Source: a virus
Taxonomy: Duplodnaviria; Caudoviricetes
IMG/VR virus record: IMGVR_UViG_3300012942_000068
Span: 1 to 45,813 of that record
Direction: 5' to 3' (one strand)
Length of the DNA stretch: 45,813 nucleotides
How positions within the stretch are numbered: position 1 is the first letter of the stretch; each line of letters opens with the position of its first letter. A model generated the notes under the pieces. That model was not told the DNA's origin. It made no database searches and saw only the letters and a program-made list of their open reading frames with translations. A program made the position numbers and the translations under genes. Positions 15,689 to 25,536 of this stretch are shown here, one piece after another.

Positions 15689-17200
15689 TCATTTCGTGCG
15701 ATACTTGTCAACCAAGCTTTGAATATTAGATGGAGGCACTGGGGGATTATTCGTCCCTGCTCCGACATCGCCAGTCCCAGGCAATCCCTCTTGAGAACTA
15801 ACTTCATCCATCTTCTCTTGATAACTGCCTTGCATGTTCTCAATCTGCTGTCTGGCCTTGCCACGCGAGGTGTCAAGAATTTGCTCGGGGGTAGCCATCG
15901 AAGCCAAAAAGTTCATGTTCTTATCCCACTGAGCTTTCAGATTCTTATCAGTCGGCGGTGGCTGATTTTGCATACGAGTTAAAGCCATTTGAGCCGCAGT
16001 GGCCATCTTGTACATAGCAGTGCTGACGGTATCACCAGCGGCTGGCTGGATAGTTTTCTGCATCTCATTAATCTGAGCTTGATTAGCACCACGGCCCCCA
16101 CCAGCAGTAATGATGCGGGCCAATTCTAAAGATAGTCCTGACGAAGAAGCTTGAAACTTCTGCACATCCCCTGGAGTGAGGGCATTCGTTCCAGCATTCA
16201 CTACAGACGAAGTGGCATCATGGTCAGTTAAATGCATAAATGGGGATTGCGTAGTTCCTGCCTGGAACTGTGTCATTCTTTGAAGGTTATTTACAGCTTC
16301 TCCTGCAGCCCCAGCAATCATAGTTGTATCGCGTTGCTGCTGCACTGAGGTTTTATCTGCAACCTTTACATAGCGTGGATCAGTTGCCAAGCGATCCCCC
16401 TTCATACTAGAATTTGGATCGAATTCATACTGGCTAGAACCAATCGTGACAATCTTCGGATCCCTGTTTTGCCGGTCGGCAATCTCTGACTTACGAAGAT
16501 CGAGCATCGCATCACGATAGGCTGCAGTGGATTGCAGAGTTGCCTGCCGCATCGCCATGTTGTCCTGATGCTCTTGCAACCGCAGATTGCGATTTTCAGC
16601 CAGATCCGATGCCTTCTGTACAAACTGAGCCCGGGAAGCACTGGTCATTCCAGCTAGTTTTTGCTGGTTGACCCACGCCCCGAAGGCAGGGCTGTTCGGC
16701 AGGGGGATCGTGGCGGGGTTCACTCCTGCTGCAATAGCCTTTCGAACGAGGTCCTGGGCCCCCTGCGGGGAGGGGTTGCTCGAATAAGTGTCGGCAGTAT
16801 TGGCCAAGTCCTCTTTTTTGATCTGTTGTTGCTGCAGTTGAGCCGCCGCTGCGGTTCGAGCTTCGTTGTTGGCATTGTCAGCCAGCTTGCTCATCTCTTC
16901 CGCAGACGTGAAATCACCCTGCGAAGCCGCTAGACCCGCAGCTTTCGTGTACATCTTCGCTTGATTTAGTGGGTTGGAGGCATCAGCCCCTTCCAGCTGT
17001 GATTGCGATTGAATGAATGCCCCCAAATCCTTGGAAGTTTGTACGCGTTGACGCATTTGGGCAGCTTGTTGCTGCGCCATATCAGCTTGAGCTTTTTCAA
17101 GTTGCAGGTCAGCCTGCTGTCGCTGCAGTTGAGTTCCAGCTACAACAGCATTGCCATAAGCCAGCCCAAGTCCTTGAAGGAATCCGCCGAAGGATGCCAT
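15689..17200 (-). CDS. internal virion/DNA ejection protein
   Basis: MASFGGFLQGLG N-terminus; Q/A-rich coiled coil; synteny with P22-like ejection genes. Confidence 0.72.
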   Translation of the reverse strand: MASFGGFLQGLGLAYGNAVVAGTQLQRQQADLQLEKAQADMAQQQAAQMRQRVQTSKDLGAFIQSQSQLEGADASNPLNQAKMYTKAAGLAASQGDFTSAEEMSKLADNANNEARTAAAAQLQQQQIKKEDLANTADTYSSNPSPQGAQDLVRKAIAAGVNPATIPLPNSPAFGAWVNQQKLAGMTSASRAQFVQKASDLAENRNLRLQEHQDNMAMRQATLQSTAAYRDAMLDLRKSEIADRQNRDPKIVTIGSSQYEFDPNSSMKGDRLATDPRYVKVADKTSVQQQRDTTMIAGAAGEAVNNLQRMTQFQAGTTQSPFMHLTDHDATSSVVNAGTNALTPGDVQKFQASSSGLSLELARIITAGGGRGANQAQINEMQKTIQPAAGDTVSTAMYKMATAAQMALTRMQNQPPPTDKNLKAQWDKNMNFLASMATPEQILDTSRGKARQQIENMQGSYQEKMDEVSSQEGLPGTGDVGAGTNNPPVPPSNIQSLVDKYRTK

Positions 17201-17212
17201 TTGATTTTCTCC

Positions 17213-17827
17213 TTATGCACCGAAATCGTAGCTGACGCCGTAGGTAGGGTCGCTGACACCGGAACTGAATCCGTAGCTGTTGCTTGTATTGATGCCGTAG
17301 GTGTTGCTGTCACCAGAAGGGCTGGAGAAACTATACCCGCCGGTGTTGCCATTGCCGAGATAGCTGGTAACAGCATTGCTTACAGCTCCACCAATTTGGC
17401 TAGTGGCGGCTCCGACAGCCTGCCCTTGACTATTGAGAATCTGCCCTGCAGTACCCGGAGAGCCAATATTTGCTCCAGCCAACTGAGCAAGCATTAGCTC
17501 TTGATTTTGCAACTGTGTGTTGGCGACATTTTGCCCTTCAGTTTGCAACGCAGAGGCTCTATTCCCACTGTTGAGGTAGCCTCCAGCTGCCATCGAGCCA
17601 TTAACAGCATCTTCCCCTTGGCTCATTGCGAATTGATATTGCGGGGTGCTGCTGATCGATGATGGGTTGTTGATTAGATTGCTCAGCATGGTTTGATACT
17701 GCCCACGCTGCGAAGCAAAGGGATCTGCAGCAGAAGAGGCTGCAGACGACGAAGGGGAGAGGGCACTGCCCACCCCGGCTGTAACAAGACCGCCGACGGC
17801 TGCGCCGGCAACTGCAGCAAAGCTCAT
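17213..17827 (-). CDS. DNA ejection protein (P22 gp7-like)
   Basis: Gly/Ala-rich hydrophobic N-terminus; P.YQF...QG..AV..S.AA.G.L.SG motif. Confidence 0.75.
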   Translation of the reverse strand: MSFAAVAGAAVGGLVTAGVGSALSPSSSAASSAADPFASQRGQYQTMLSNLINNPSSISSTPQYQFAMSQGEDAVNGSMAAGGYLNSGNRASALQTEGQNVANTQLQNQELMLAQLAGANIGSPGTAGQILNSQGQAVGAATSQIGGAVSNAVTSYLGNGNTGGYSFSSPSGDSNTYGINTSNSYGFSSGVSDPTYGVSYDFGA

Positions 17828-18273
17828 GCTTGCTCTCCCTTAGAATTGTGAAAGACTTCCCACTGAGCGCTGTGAGAGACAAATAGGTTTTCAATAGCTG
17901 CAGGATCAGTCTCGTCGGTGACAAGGATGTTCTGCCAGATGGAATCTTCAAGAGCAATTGCAGCCTTTCGACCGGGCACTCCGACAAAGAACAACGGAGC
18001 TTCCATTGCGGCCCACCGGCCATTGCTATAAACTCGCATTTTACCCTTCACTAGCATGTTTGCGAGAGGTTGCTTATGTGCGTGCCCAATGAGAAATGTT
18101 CCTGCGGGAATATGAAGCTCTCTGATGACGAATCCAGGGCCGAAGAGATGCTGTACTGGCATGTCCGTCTGCGGGAGGCGCAACCCGAACTCTTCTGCGA
18201 GTTCAATATCACCCCGATTGGCGGCATCAAGCATCAGCTGAGTGTTCATAACGACAGAGATGTCACTGGACAT
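17824..18273 (-). CDS. cupin-fold protein in the tail cluster
   Basis: HLFGPG..IRELHIPAGTFLIGHAHK....NML.KG cupin pattern. Confidence 0.75.
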   Translation of the reverse strand: MSSDISVVMNTQLMLDAANRGDIELAEEFGLRLPQTDMPVQHLFGPGFVIRELHIPAGTFLIGHAHKQPLANMLVKGKMRVYSNGRWAAMEAPLFFVGVPGRKAAIALEDSIWQNILVTDETDPAAIENLFVSHSAQWEVFHNSKGEQA

Positions 18274-18278
18274 GAGGG

Positions 18279-18306
18279 TTTTCTACCGTGATTAATATGG
18301 ATTAAT
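18279..18306. repeat. palindromic element, copy 6 (right arm degenerate)
   Basis: TTTTCTACCGTGATTAAT-ATGG-ATTAAT. Confidence 0.85.
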
Positions 18307-18328
18307 TTGCAACAAAAACCCCTACTTT

Positions 18329-19756
18329 TTAGCTGCTCTCAACCGTCAGATCCAACTTACTGTCTACAAGCCTCAACGGGGTATTGTCCTGATGCACCAT
18401 CATGTAAGCCCTGCGACGGAAGCGCCCACATCGCACAAGCCTTTTCCAGGTGGTGTTCATAGACAAACTTCTGGGAGTGCTCCAGGTTTGGTAGTCGTCA
18501 TGGGTGAAGGAAATCTGCACTGAAGTGTCGAGAGTATCCCCAAAGAAACTGTGGTCAGCAACCCTCTTCCAGTTCATTGTACCGTAGTCATACAGTGGGG
18601 TGATTGCAACTACCTTTATTGGGCCGGAACTGTCCTGATAAACAGCAGGATCCATGCGCATTACCGTCCCACTCCTAGCATCCTGCAGATAATCATTGTT
18701 GTTTGCATTAAGATAATTGCAGCCAACAAAATACATATCCGTAGTTCCACTGAGCGTCGACCACTGGAACCACTGATTTGCAGCCACATCATAGACAAGG
18801 GTCAAATTCAGATCAACAAGCGTCAGCACATAGAAAGAATGCCCTGCAGTTCGAATTCCGAAGCTGTTCACATTCGTCAGAGAGCTTCTATTCAAAGCTT
18901 TTTCTATGTATGGCGTACTCACAACCATCATTTCCAGGCCATTTATCTGCATAATCGTCCGGCCGCGCTTTTTATCTTGCGCTAGAAAGTAGCTCAAATC
19001 AGTCATTTCTACAACTGACCAGCCAGAGGCCAGTCCCGTCGTCCATGCAGCATTCCCCACAGGCCCGAGCTGTGTTCCAGTGTCCACCTGCCCCTGCACA
19101 GCATTGGCATCGTAGTACATCTGAATCCCTGCCGTATAGTAAGCTACAAGATAATTCAAGTGCCGAAAGAGCCCAGCTCCTTGCCCTAAGCTTTGATCAG
19201 CTTCAATAAAATTCAACGCAGGCCACGTTGAGCCATCCTGCAGAGCACTGCCAAGAACTTCTCCTTTGGTATTCATCACATAATAAATACCATCCAGATA
19301 GCAGATTCCGGGGACGGTCTCCGCCGGATAATTCACATCTGTAACTTTCACCTGCACAAGCAACCCCGTACCTGGATCTGCAACTTGCCACAACCCGTGT
19401 GGGGATTTGAGCCAGGTTGTCGCAAACGGAACATCATCAAGAGTCTCAAAAACTTCCCCGGCAACAGTTACACTTGGAATTGGAAATTGCATCGAATCAC
19501 TCATTCGAATGATCGTGTCATTGCTGATAAAATAGCTTTCCCCATTGCAATTAAAAGTTCCCTGGGCAGTCCCCAATCCGCCATTCATCGCAATCGTTCC
19601 TGGCCTCTTTACAAGTGCCATTCCATTCTCTGTGCTTTCCATAAAACAATTCACCATCTTCGAATCCTTGGTCAGCGTGCCATCCCGTGATGCGATGGGA
19701 TGCGCGAAGGAAACGGTCTGTGGGGAATTGATTGGAGATTGTGCTTGCGACGGCAT
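18329..19756 (-). CDS. tail hub / packaged-DNA stabilisation protein (P22 gp10-like)
   Basis: LVKRPG, YLDG.Y, GHSFYVL, TLVYD...QW, FTHDDYQTWS, R.GRFRRR motifs; start MPSQAQ. Confidence 0.85.
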   Translation of the reverse strand: MPSQAQSPINSPQTVSFAHPIASRDGTLTKDSKMVNCFMESTENGMALVKRPGTIAMNGGLGTAQGTFNCNGESYFISNDTIIRMSDSMQFPIPSVTVAGEVFETLDDVPFATTWLKSPHGLWQVADPGTGLLVQVKVTDVNYPAETVPGICYLDGIYYVMNTKGEVLGSALQDGSTWPALNFIEADQSLGQGAGLFRHLNYLVAYYTAGIQMYYDANAVQGQVDTGTQLGPVGNAAWTTGLASGWSVVEMTDLSYFLAQDKKRGRTIMQINGLEMMVVSTPYIEKALNRSSLTNVNSFGIRTAGHSFYVLTLVDLNLTLVYDVAANQWFQWSTLSGTTDMYFVGCNYLNANNNDYLQDARSGTVMRMDPAVYQDSSGPIKVVAITPLYDYGTMNWKRVADHSFFGDTLDTSVQISFTHDDYQTWSTPRSLSMNTTWKRLVRCGRFRRRAYMMVHQDNTPLRLVDSKLDLTVESS

Positions 19757-19773
19757 GGGGCTGTTCCTTCTCT

Positions 19774-20508
19774 TTACATAGTGCGTTCGGTAGGGGTGAA
19801 GAATGTCGAAGATTGCTCCACACTCCACGGGCTGTCAAAGAATCTCTGCTTGAGATCAACTGCCCGTTGATTGGCCTCTTTGCGCTCGTCTGGAGGCATA
19901 CGCATTTCAAGCGAAATTTCATCCAACAGGCACCAGATCAGCATCCGGGCAGCTTCCTGTGGGAAGTCTGGATTGTCCGTTGGGATGTTTAAATCTTGAA
20001 TCTGCCTTTGCGCCACCACATGAATTTCATGGCGATTGTCAGCCGGAACATCATACAGAGTCAAAATCCCACCTTCGAGCTGAGGATTGTACCAAATTTG
20101 ATTCGGCACACCTCTGGCAAATTTCTGCCCCAGAGTATTGTAATCATACCGACTGATAATAATCAGCTGCACATCATTACCACCATCTTCTGCATTCGGC
20201 AGCGACAGATCTCTGATATAAGCATCAAGAATTCTTGGCGGAAGCGGCATCCCCATAATTGTGCTGAGATTGTACTGCATTTGCCCAATCACAGTAGGGA
20301 ATGCCACGTCCTCAATACACCACAACGGCCCACCTTCAATCGCAAGATCCTTGCAGATAACATTCAAGGCTTCCATCGTGTTGATGAAATCCGGATCGGT
20401 CTGCGCAGGTACTTGCGCTGCATCGTAGTTTCCGGTTTTCCTCAAAGCAGACTGTACAATCTGCCCTGCATTCATCCGGAAAGTGTAAGTCCCGCTTCCG
20501 ATCGCCAT
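19774..20508 (-). CDS. head-tail adaptor (P22 gp4-like)
   Basis: IVQSALRK.G, ALN, G.P..I.YNP, DFPQE motifs; upstream of the gp10-like gene; GGAGG SD. Confidence 0.75.
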   Translation of the reverse strand: MAIGSGTYTFRMNAGQIVQSALRKTGNYDAAQVPAQTDPDFINTMEALNVICKDLAIEGGPLWCIEDVAFPTVIGQMQYNLSTIMGMPLPPRILDAYIRDLSLPNAEDGGNDVQLIIISRYDYNTLGQKFARGVPNQIWYNPQLEGGILTLYDVPADNRHEIHVVAQRQIQDLNIPTDNPDFPQEAARMLIWCLLDEISLEMRMPPDERKEANQRAVDLKQRFFDSPWSVEQSSTFFTPTERTM

Positions 20509-20524
20509 GAAAGCCTCCAGCAAG

Positions 20525-20674
20525 TTAGAATTTCTTGATCTTTCGGGTGTTTTTCTCTTTTGAAGCTTGAGTTTGGCTGACTTTGTGATTCATCAGCGAA
20601 CTCATCTTGCGCTCTGCAGCTTTTGGAGCCATCTTATGACCCTTTGGCTGCGGAATTTTTCGAGAATGTGCCAT
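20525..20674 (-). CDS. small basic protein (49 aa, MAHSRKIPQPKGHKM...)
   Basis: Translated by hand; fills the gap between structural genes; start overlaps the upstream stop. Confidence 0.6.
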   Translation of the reverse strand: MAHSRKIPQPKGHKMAPKAAERKMSSLMNHKVSQTQASKEKNTRKIKKF

Positions 20675-21108
20675 CATTGCACTCCAGTGTTAATTTGACC
20701 TGCCTTGATCAGCTCAAGAACAAGGCTGAACACACTAGTGGAACCTGTCGCGAAGCCGGTAGTGCTCAGCCAGATGCTCCCATCGGTATCAGTTTGAAGA
20801 TTCCGAAGACCCTTGAAGTCGTCAAAGGACATACGACCTCGACCGGCCAAAGGAAGAATCGGAGAAACTGGCCCATCCCCTGCAGCATCCCCCCATGAAA
20901 TCACCACTTCCAGATTTGCACTGATCGAATAGTCAATGTGATTCAGATTGACCTTCGGGGGTTTGTTGGTATCCGTCATCTGCATAAGATCTTGCGGGAT
21001 AACAACCTGCATCGGAGCTACGTCCGACGTGTCCAGCTGTCCCGTAACCTTAATAACAGCGTTACGGGGACCATCAATGATGGTTTCGATTACAACTGCG
21101 TTTGCCAT
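20674..21108 (-). CDS. virion structural protein
   Basis: DGPRNAVIK, G..DF..GL, DG.I..ST pattern; located in the head-tail block. Confidence 0.7.
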   Translation of the reverse strand: MANAVVIETIIDGPRNAVIKVTGQLDTSDVAPMQVVIPQDLMQMTDTNKPPKVNLNHIDYSISANLEVVISWGDAAGDGPVSPILPLAGRGRMSFDDFKGLRNLQTDTDGSIWLSTTGFATGSTSVFSLVLELIKAGQINTGVQ

Positions 21109-21123
21109 GATGGCCCCCTAAGA

Positions 21124-21909
21124 TTACCGCTCACGCGAAGCAACGATGAAATCAACAGACGCTGTTGAAGCCGCTGCTACGGTGTTTGTTAGCTGGAAAA
21201 ACGGATCCATACCAACAGTAGGCAGAGCCAGGCCCGTAGCAACGCCATTGAGCTGCCTATAAAGAGCTGCAACATGCCCACGAGCCTGCCCACCATTAGC
21301 AACATTGTTTGCAGTGACCTGTGAAGCTTGACTCGCAGGACCTCCGGTTGTCGGATTGAAAAATGCGGCTACATTTCCTTGCCAGTCAACCATGAAGCCA
21401 AGTTCAGTTTGAACCGAGGTCGACAGCACTTCAGGAAGCGGGGCAGAAAAGGTCACAGCCCCTGCCCGATAAACTTGCAAAGTCAAAACACCTGCAACGG
21501 ACTTTAAAGTAATGCCTTCCTGGATTTCCCCTGCAGTGAAGGTGCCAAAGCCACATTCAAACGTGGCGGAAGCCGTAGCAACTGCAGCTTTCAATTTGAA
21601 AAACAGCTGCTTTCCAGGAACGGCTTCAAATGCTTCGGTAGCAAGACCAACGATAGTCGAATCCGTAGCCCCAGCAGAGGTCGTGAGAAGGGCCAGCCCA
21701 TCTGCACCAGCTTCTGCTGCAAAAGTTCCTGCTGATGTCCCAACCTGCGTAAGGTGCATATCACTGACATTGCTGGGCGTCAGGAAATCGTTAGAAAACA
21801 GCACAGACCAAGTCGGATCGGGGGTACCAGATGCTCCCATAGTTTGCCAAGGGGCTGCATTGGTCAATCCATTGGGGGACCGGGTGGTCAGAGAATCAAA
21901 AGCGCTCAT
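21124..21909 (-). CDS. virion structural protein
   Basis: AGGAG SD; Ala/Thr/Gly-rich; follows the capsid gene; ends DFIVASRER. Confidence 0.7.
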   Translation of the reverse strand: MSAFDSLTTRSPNGLTNAAPWQTMGASGTPDPTWSVLFSNDFLTPSNVSDMHLTQVGTSAGTFAAEAGADGLALLTTSAGATDSTIVGLATEAFEAVPGKQLFFKLKAAVATASATFECGFGTFTAGEIQEGITLKSVAGVLTLQVYRAGAVTFSAPLPEVLSTSVQTELGFMVDWQGNVAAFFNPTTGGPASQASQVTANNVANGGQARGHVAALYRQLNGVATGLALPTVGMDPFFQLTNTVAAASTASVDFIVASRER

Positions 21910-21921
21910 TCTTTACTCCTA

Positions 21922-21985
21922 GAAATAAGAACAGGGGGAGACATTAGCAGAAGAATACATCACCTATCTGCAATGGCTCCCCCTG
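21922..21985 (-). terminator. long hairpin/terminator downstream of the major capsid gene
   Basis: CAGGGGGAG (21932-40) / CTCCCCCTG (21977-85) with inner CATT/AATG and GCAGA/TCTGC; minus-strand tail TTCTTATTT. Confidence 0.6.
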
Positions 21986-21994
21986 CTATTGGGG

Positions 21995-22034
21995 TTATTT
22001 ACCGTGATTAATCCGTATTAATCCCGGTGGAAAA
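21995..22034. repeat. 40-bp palindromic element, copy 7 (abuts the capsid stop)
   Basis: TTATTTACCGTGATTAAT-CCGT-ATTAATCCCGGTGGAAAA. Confidence 0.95.
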
Positions 22035-22949
22035 TCACGCTGCGTTTGATCCGTAGCAACCGCGCGGGTTCGCCCACAGGAACTGATAACGCTCATACGC
22101 CCCAACCTTGTAGTTGCGAGTGTCCGAGTCATTATCTTCCCAGATTTCCAGCTCTTCCCGCTCTTGCCAAATCATCCCTTCTTGAATGTTCGTGGTAATG
22201 AACCACGGACCGGCTGCCGTCAGGTACGGATTGCTGACAACACCACCCTGCAGAAGCCCTTCAGTGTTAATCGGGTTGATATCGTTGTTGTCCGTGCCCA
22301 CAGCCTTCGGGGTCTTCATGATCCGATCAGCATTGAACTTGTTGTTCGGGTGCACGATCAGCTTGTCCCCAGCCAGCGGCTCGATGTAACCACGATCGTC
22401 CTTGGCTTGCATCATCAGGATGAGCATGTCTTCAACAGCCGCTTGCGAGAGCGGTGCATCGACAGCCATCTTGTTTTGCCAAGTGCCTGCGGTGAAGTTC
22501 GGGTGCGCAACATTCAGCAAACTCACCCCATCACCGCCCTTGTAGGTAGTGTTAAAGGCTCGATTGAAGATGTTCGTCGCGTTGATGTTCTTCGTTTCTG
22601 CGAAGGCTCGACGAAGCTTCTCGACACGACCCTGCGTCAACTTCACATACAGGTTGTCCTTCAGTTCTTCGTGCGTGACGATGATCCCCAGGCCATACGC
22701 GACGTTCGTACCGCGCGTCACGAAGCCCTGTTGCATACCGTCATACGAAATCGGAGCACCTTCCGGCTTGTACACTGCCAAGCCAAGACCGATCGACTGA
22801 ACATACTCTTCATAGTTCTTGTCGCTTTCGTACTTACGGAACATCATCGGTGCGTATTGCGGAGCCGAAGCTGCCGCCGAATCCCACCACGCCTTGACAC
22901 CTTCCCATAGTCCCTTGGGGTAGGAACCAGTATTTACGATCGTCGGCAT
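22035..22949 (-). CDS. major capsid protein
   Basis: 304 aa; SDKNYEE, KPEG.PISYD, GGDGVSL, PYLT...WF, ERY.F.W..PRG.YGS motifs; strong codon bias; AGGAG SD. Confidence 0.88.
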   Translation of the reverse strand: MPTIVNTGSYPKGLWEGVKAWWDSAAASAPQYAPMMFRKYESDKNYEEYVQSIGLGLAVYKPEGAPISYDGMQQGFVTRGTNVAYGLGIIVTHEELKDNLYVKLTQGRVEKLRRAFAETKNINATNIFNRAFNTTYKGGDGVSLLNVAHPNFTAGTWQNKMAVDAPLSQAAVEDMLILMMQAKDDRGYIEPLAGDKLIVHPNNKFNADRIMKTPKAVGTDNNDINPINTEGLLQGGVVSNPYLTAAGPWFITTNIQEGMIWQEREELEIWEDNDSDTRNYKVGAYERYQFLWANPRGCYGSNAA

Positions 22950-23016
22950 GATCCACTCCTTTTAAGTTAAAGAAAATCGGCAGTCGAAGATTGCCACACC
23001 TTCGACCCTAGCGCAA

Positions 23017-23622
23017 TTACACGCCGGCCGTATTTCCCATAAGTTCGTGTTGATTGAAACCGACGATCCAAACTGCGTTCGCCCCGAAAGCATTGTCTGC
23101 ACGCTGCACCAGCCCGAAGAGCTTCAGATTCAAAGTCTGCGTGGTTGCAACACTGGCCGTGTTGAGCACCGATGCCGAGTTTTGCTGCGGCGAGGTCGGA
23201 TTCGCGACCGTGAAGGAAGCGTTCTTGTTGGAGGCCGTGCCCGTCAGAACATTCAGACCGTCGTCCTGCAGCTCAAACAACACTGCAGGGTCGTCGACCA
23301 CTAGCACGTAGTAGTCTTGCTGCTTCGCAGCCGGGATGTTCTGTATCGTCAGGTCGATGTTGATGCCGACCAAAGACGGATTCTGCGGAGTCTGCCGCAA
23401 GCAGCCAACAATCACCCCACGGACAGTGTCAGTGCCGAGAGCTTTTACCACTTGGGGGACACCAAGACCATCTGCACCAGCAGCTGACTTCACGGCATCA
23501 CCAGGATTGTACTGGTTCGTATCTGCCTGCGGGATGTAATAGATATTCGTAGCTCCGTTCCAGGCCGCACCATTACGGTAACGCGAAGGAACAAAGCCAC
23601 GAGGACGGATCAAGTTCGCCAT
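23017..23622 (-). CDS. putative capsid decoration/structural protein
   Basis: MAN..RPRGF.P, VVDDP.V.FE.Q motifs; directly upstream of the capsid gene. Confidence 0.7.
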   Translation of the reverse strand: MANLIRPRGFVPSRYRNGAAWNGATNIYYIPQADTNQYNPGDAVKSAAGADGLGVPQVVKALGTDTVRGVIVGCLRQTPQNPSLVGINIDLTIQNIPAAKQQDYYVLVVDDPAVLFELQDDGLNVLTGTASNKNASFTVANPTSPQQNSASVLNTASVATTQTLNLKLFGLVQRADNAFGANAVWIVGFNQHELMGNTAGV

Positions 23623-23686
23623 TTTCGTGCCTCTCTAAGAGAAGAGTTTAGAAGGGGCCGGCACCAGCCCCCAGGTCGTGCAACGA

Positions 23687-24277
23687 TCAGCCCCTCGGCG
23701 TCACGTCAACTTCCTTGCGGTACTGAGTGTCGACTTCCGTGCGCAGATGTGTGAGCTTTCGCATCCCTGCTCGGGTGTCGGGCTCATCTGCCTGCCTGCG
23801 GATATCCGCATCCCACTTATCTGCAGCCGCTGCACGGCGCGATTCAATTTCTTCCCAAAGATCTTCTGGGCACTTCAACAAATATGCGCGAAGCGCTTGA
23901 CCATCGCTGCGAGTGCCTTTTACAAACCTGCTGATGGCACTGCTGATTTCTTCATCAGGGACGATTTTGGCTTGCTTGGCATAGAGTTCATCCTGCGTCA
24001 CGAAATCCATGCCCTGCATCAGCCGCTGCTCAATCGCCCCATTGTCGTCGTTTTCCCAAATCAGCTTATATCCAGGAATTTCTCCTTCGACATGAAGCTG
24101 CAGGGTCAGACCACCCAAATCATTCATGCGCTCGCGTTCGGCTGTGCCTTCTTTGCGCTGTTCGCGAAGAGAGCGTCCTTGGCGACGCGCTGCTAAAAGT
24201 CGGTTGTGGTCCCCTTCAGGAGTTGCAGAAAACGCCTCTGCAGCCGTTCGGGGGGTAGTTCTTTGCTGAATTGCCAT
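23687..24277 (-). CDS. head-region hypothetical protein
   Basis: IPGY...W.ND...I......G.DFV and AYLLKCP pattern; between scaffold and capsid. Confidence 0.7.
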   Translation of the reverse strand: MAIQQRTTPRTAAEAFSATPEGDHNRLLAARRQGRSLREQRKEGTAERERMNDLGGLTLQLHVEGEIPGYKLIWENDDNGAIEQRLMQGMDFVTQDELYAKQAKIVPDEEISSAISRFVKGTRSDGQALRAYLLKCPEDLWEEIESRRAAAADKWDADIRRQADEPDTRAGMRKLTHLRTEVDTQYRKEVDVTPRG

Positions 24278-24328
24278 GATGATCCCTCAAAAAAGAATGA
24301 AAAGTGAAGAAACTGCCGCAGGGAAATG

Positions 24329-25270
24329 TTACTTTTTAGTCTTAGCAGTAGTTTTGTGAACGTGCCTGTCTTCGGAAAAATAATTCTTGAGGAATTTTTC
24401 CTTAGTTGTCCATCCTTGCTTGATGCCAAGTTCCATCAAGGCCCTGTCCTCAGACGGAAGATCTGCTTCCGAGTAACTGTTTTGATTGCCTCCGCTGCGC
24501 CCGGATTCGTGCATAGACCCTCGGCCAGTGTTGTGAGAGGCTTCTTTGTCGAAGTGCCTCGGGAAGGCTTCCTTCATGTGATCCGTGAGCTTTTCGAGGA
24601 AGGCTGCTCCGCGAGCTTTCTCTCCGCCTGCAATCAGCTCATTCGCGTACTGAAAGCAGTAAGCGCGCATGCGGGCATTCTCGCGGAACCACTGATTGCC
24701 ATCTTCGATCCATGCACTCACAACAGGATCAGACGTTGTGCCATCTTCATTCACAACAGACGCTGAAGGCTGTTGAGGGTTTTTGGCTTTCTCAATGGTC
24801 TCTTTAGTTCTGCGCTGCTCTTCAGTCAGCACATCGATGCGGCCATCGATTGCATCAGCCGTGTCGTCGTCGCCATCACGAATGGCTTGACGCTGCTGTC
24901 GACGGAGGTCGGAGATAAGAGAAGTGATTTGAGAGTCGCGCTCTTCAATTTGGCGTTGCTGGAATTCTGCAAACTGTTTAGCAGTGCCTTTGAATTCAGC
25001 AAGTTCCTGCTTCACACGAGCAAGCTCACCCTGCAGATTCTTTGTGAAATTTGCCCCATCTGCAAGGAACTGTTCAGCAGTTTTCCACTTGCCTTCCGGG
25101 CCGGTGTACTTGTGCTTCGGAATCCAGCCTTTACGGGAGGCTTCCAGTTCAGTGGCCCGTGCCAATTCTGCAGCAGAGAATTCAGTAATTTCCCCACCAC
25201 CACCCGCTCCCCCATCTTCAGACTGCTCTTCGTGCAGTCGACGGAACAATTTCTGCATCAAAATACTCAT
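24329..25270 (-). CDS. capsid scaffolding protein
   Basis: A...GW.P....G...KW..A..F, coiled coil, WI...NQWF, K..FP..F; position after portal. Confidence 0.78.
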   Translation of the reverse strand: MSILMQKLFRRLHEEQSEDGGAGGGGEITEFSAAELARATELEASRKGWIPKHKYTGPEGKWKTAEQFLADGANFTKNLQGELARVKQELAEFKGTAKQFAEFQQRQIEERDSQITSLISDLRRQQRQAIRDGDDDTADAIDGRIDVLTEEQRRTKETIEKAKNPQQPSASVVNEDGTTSDPVVSAWIEDGNQWFRENARMRAYCFQYANELIAGGEKARGAAFLEKLTDHMKEAFPRHFDKEASHNTGRGSMHESGRSGGNQNSYSEADLPSEDRALMELGIKQGWTTKEKFLKNYFSEDRHVHKTTAKTKK

Positions 25271-25298
25271 GCTAATAACTCCAGTTATGGAACTACGG

Positions 25299-25338
25299 TT
25301 ATTTACCGCGATTAATGTGGATTAATCGCGGTAGGAAA
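25299..25338. repeat. 40-bp palindromic element, copy 8
   Basis: TTATTTACCGCGATTAAT-GTGG-ATTAATCGCGGTAGGAAA. Confidence 0.95.
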
Positions 25339-25341
25339 TGC

Positions 25342-25536
25342 CTACACCCAGAATGTCGTTTCGGGGCCACGAATAGTAACAACAGCATCCGAGGCCAATC
25401 CTTCTTCAGTCAGGGCATCAAACACGGCACGACGTACCGCATTGGTTAACACTGCTTCCTGTTTGACAGTCAGTTGCGACATCTGTCCATCGTTGGAATT
25501 AATCTTCACTTCCAGGTTTGTTTGAAAGCTGCTCAT
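25342..25536 (-). CDS. hypothetical protein
   Basis: ATGA overlap with the GroES-like gene. Confidence 0.6.
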   Translation of the reverse strand: MSSFQTNLEVKINSNDGQMSQLTVKQEAVLTNAVRRAVFDALTEEGLASDAVVTIRGPETTFWV

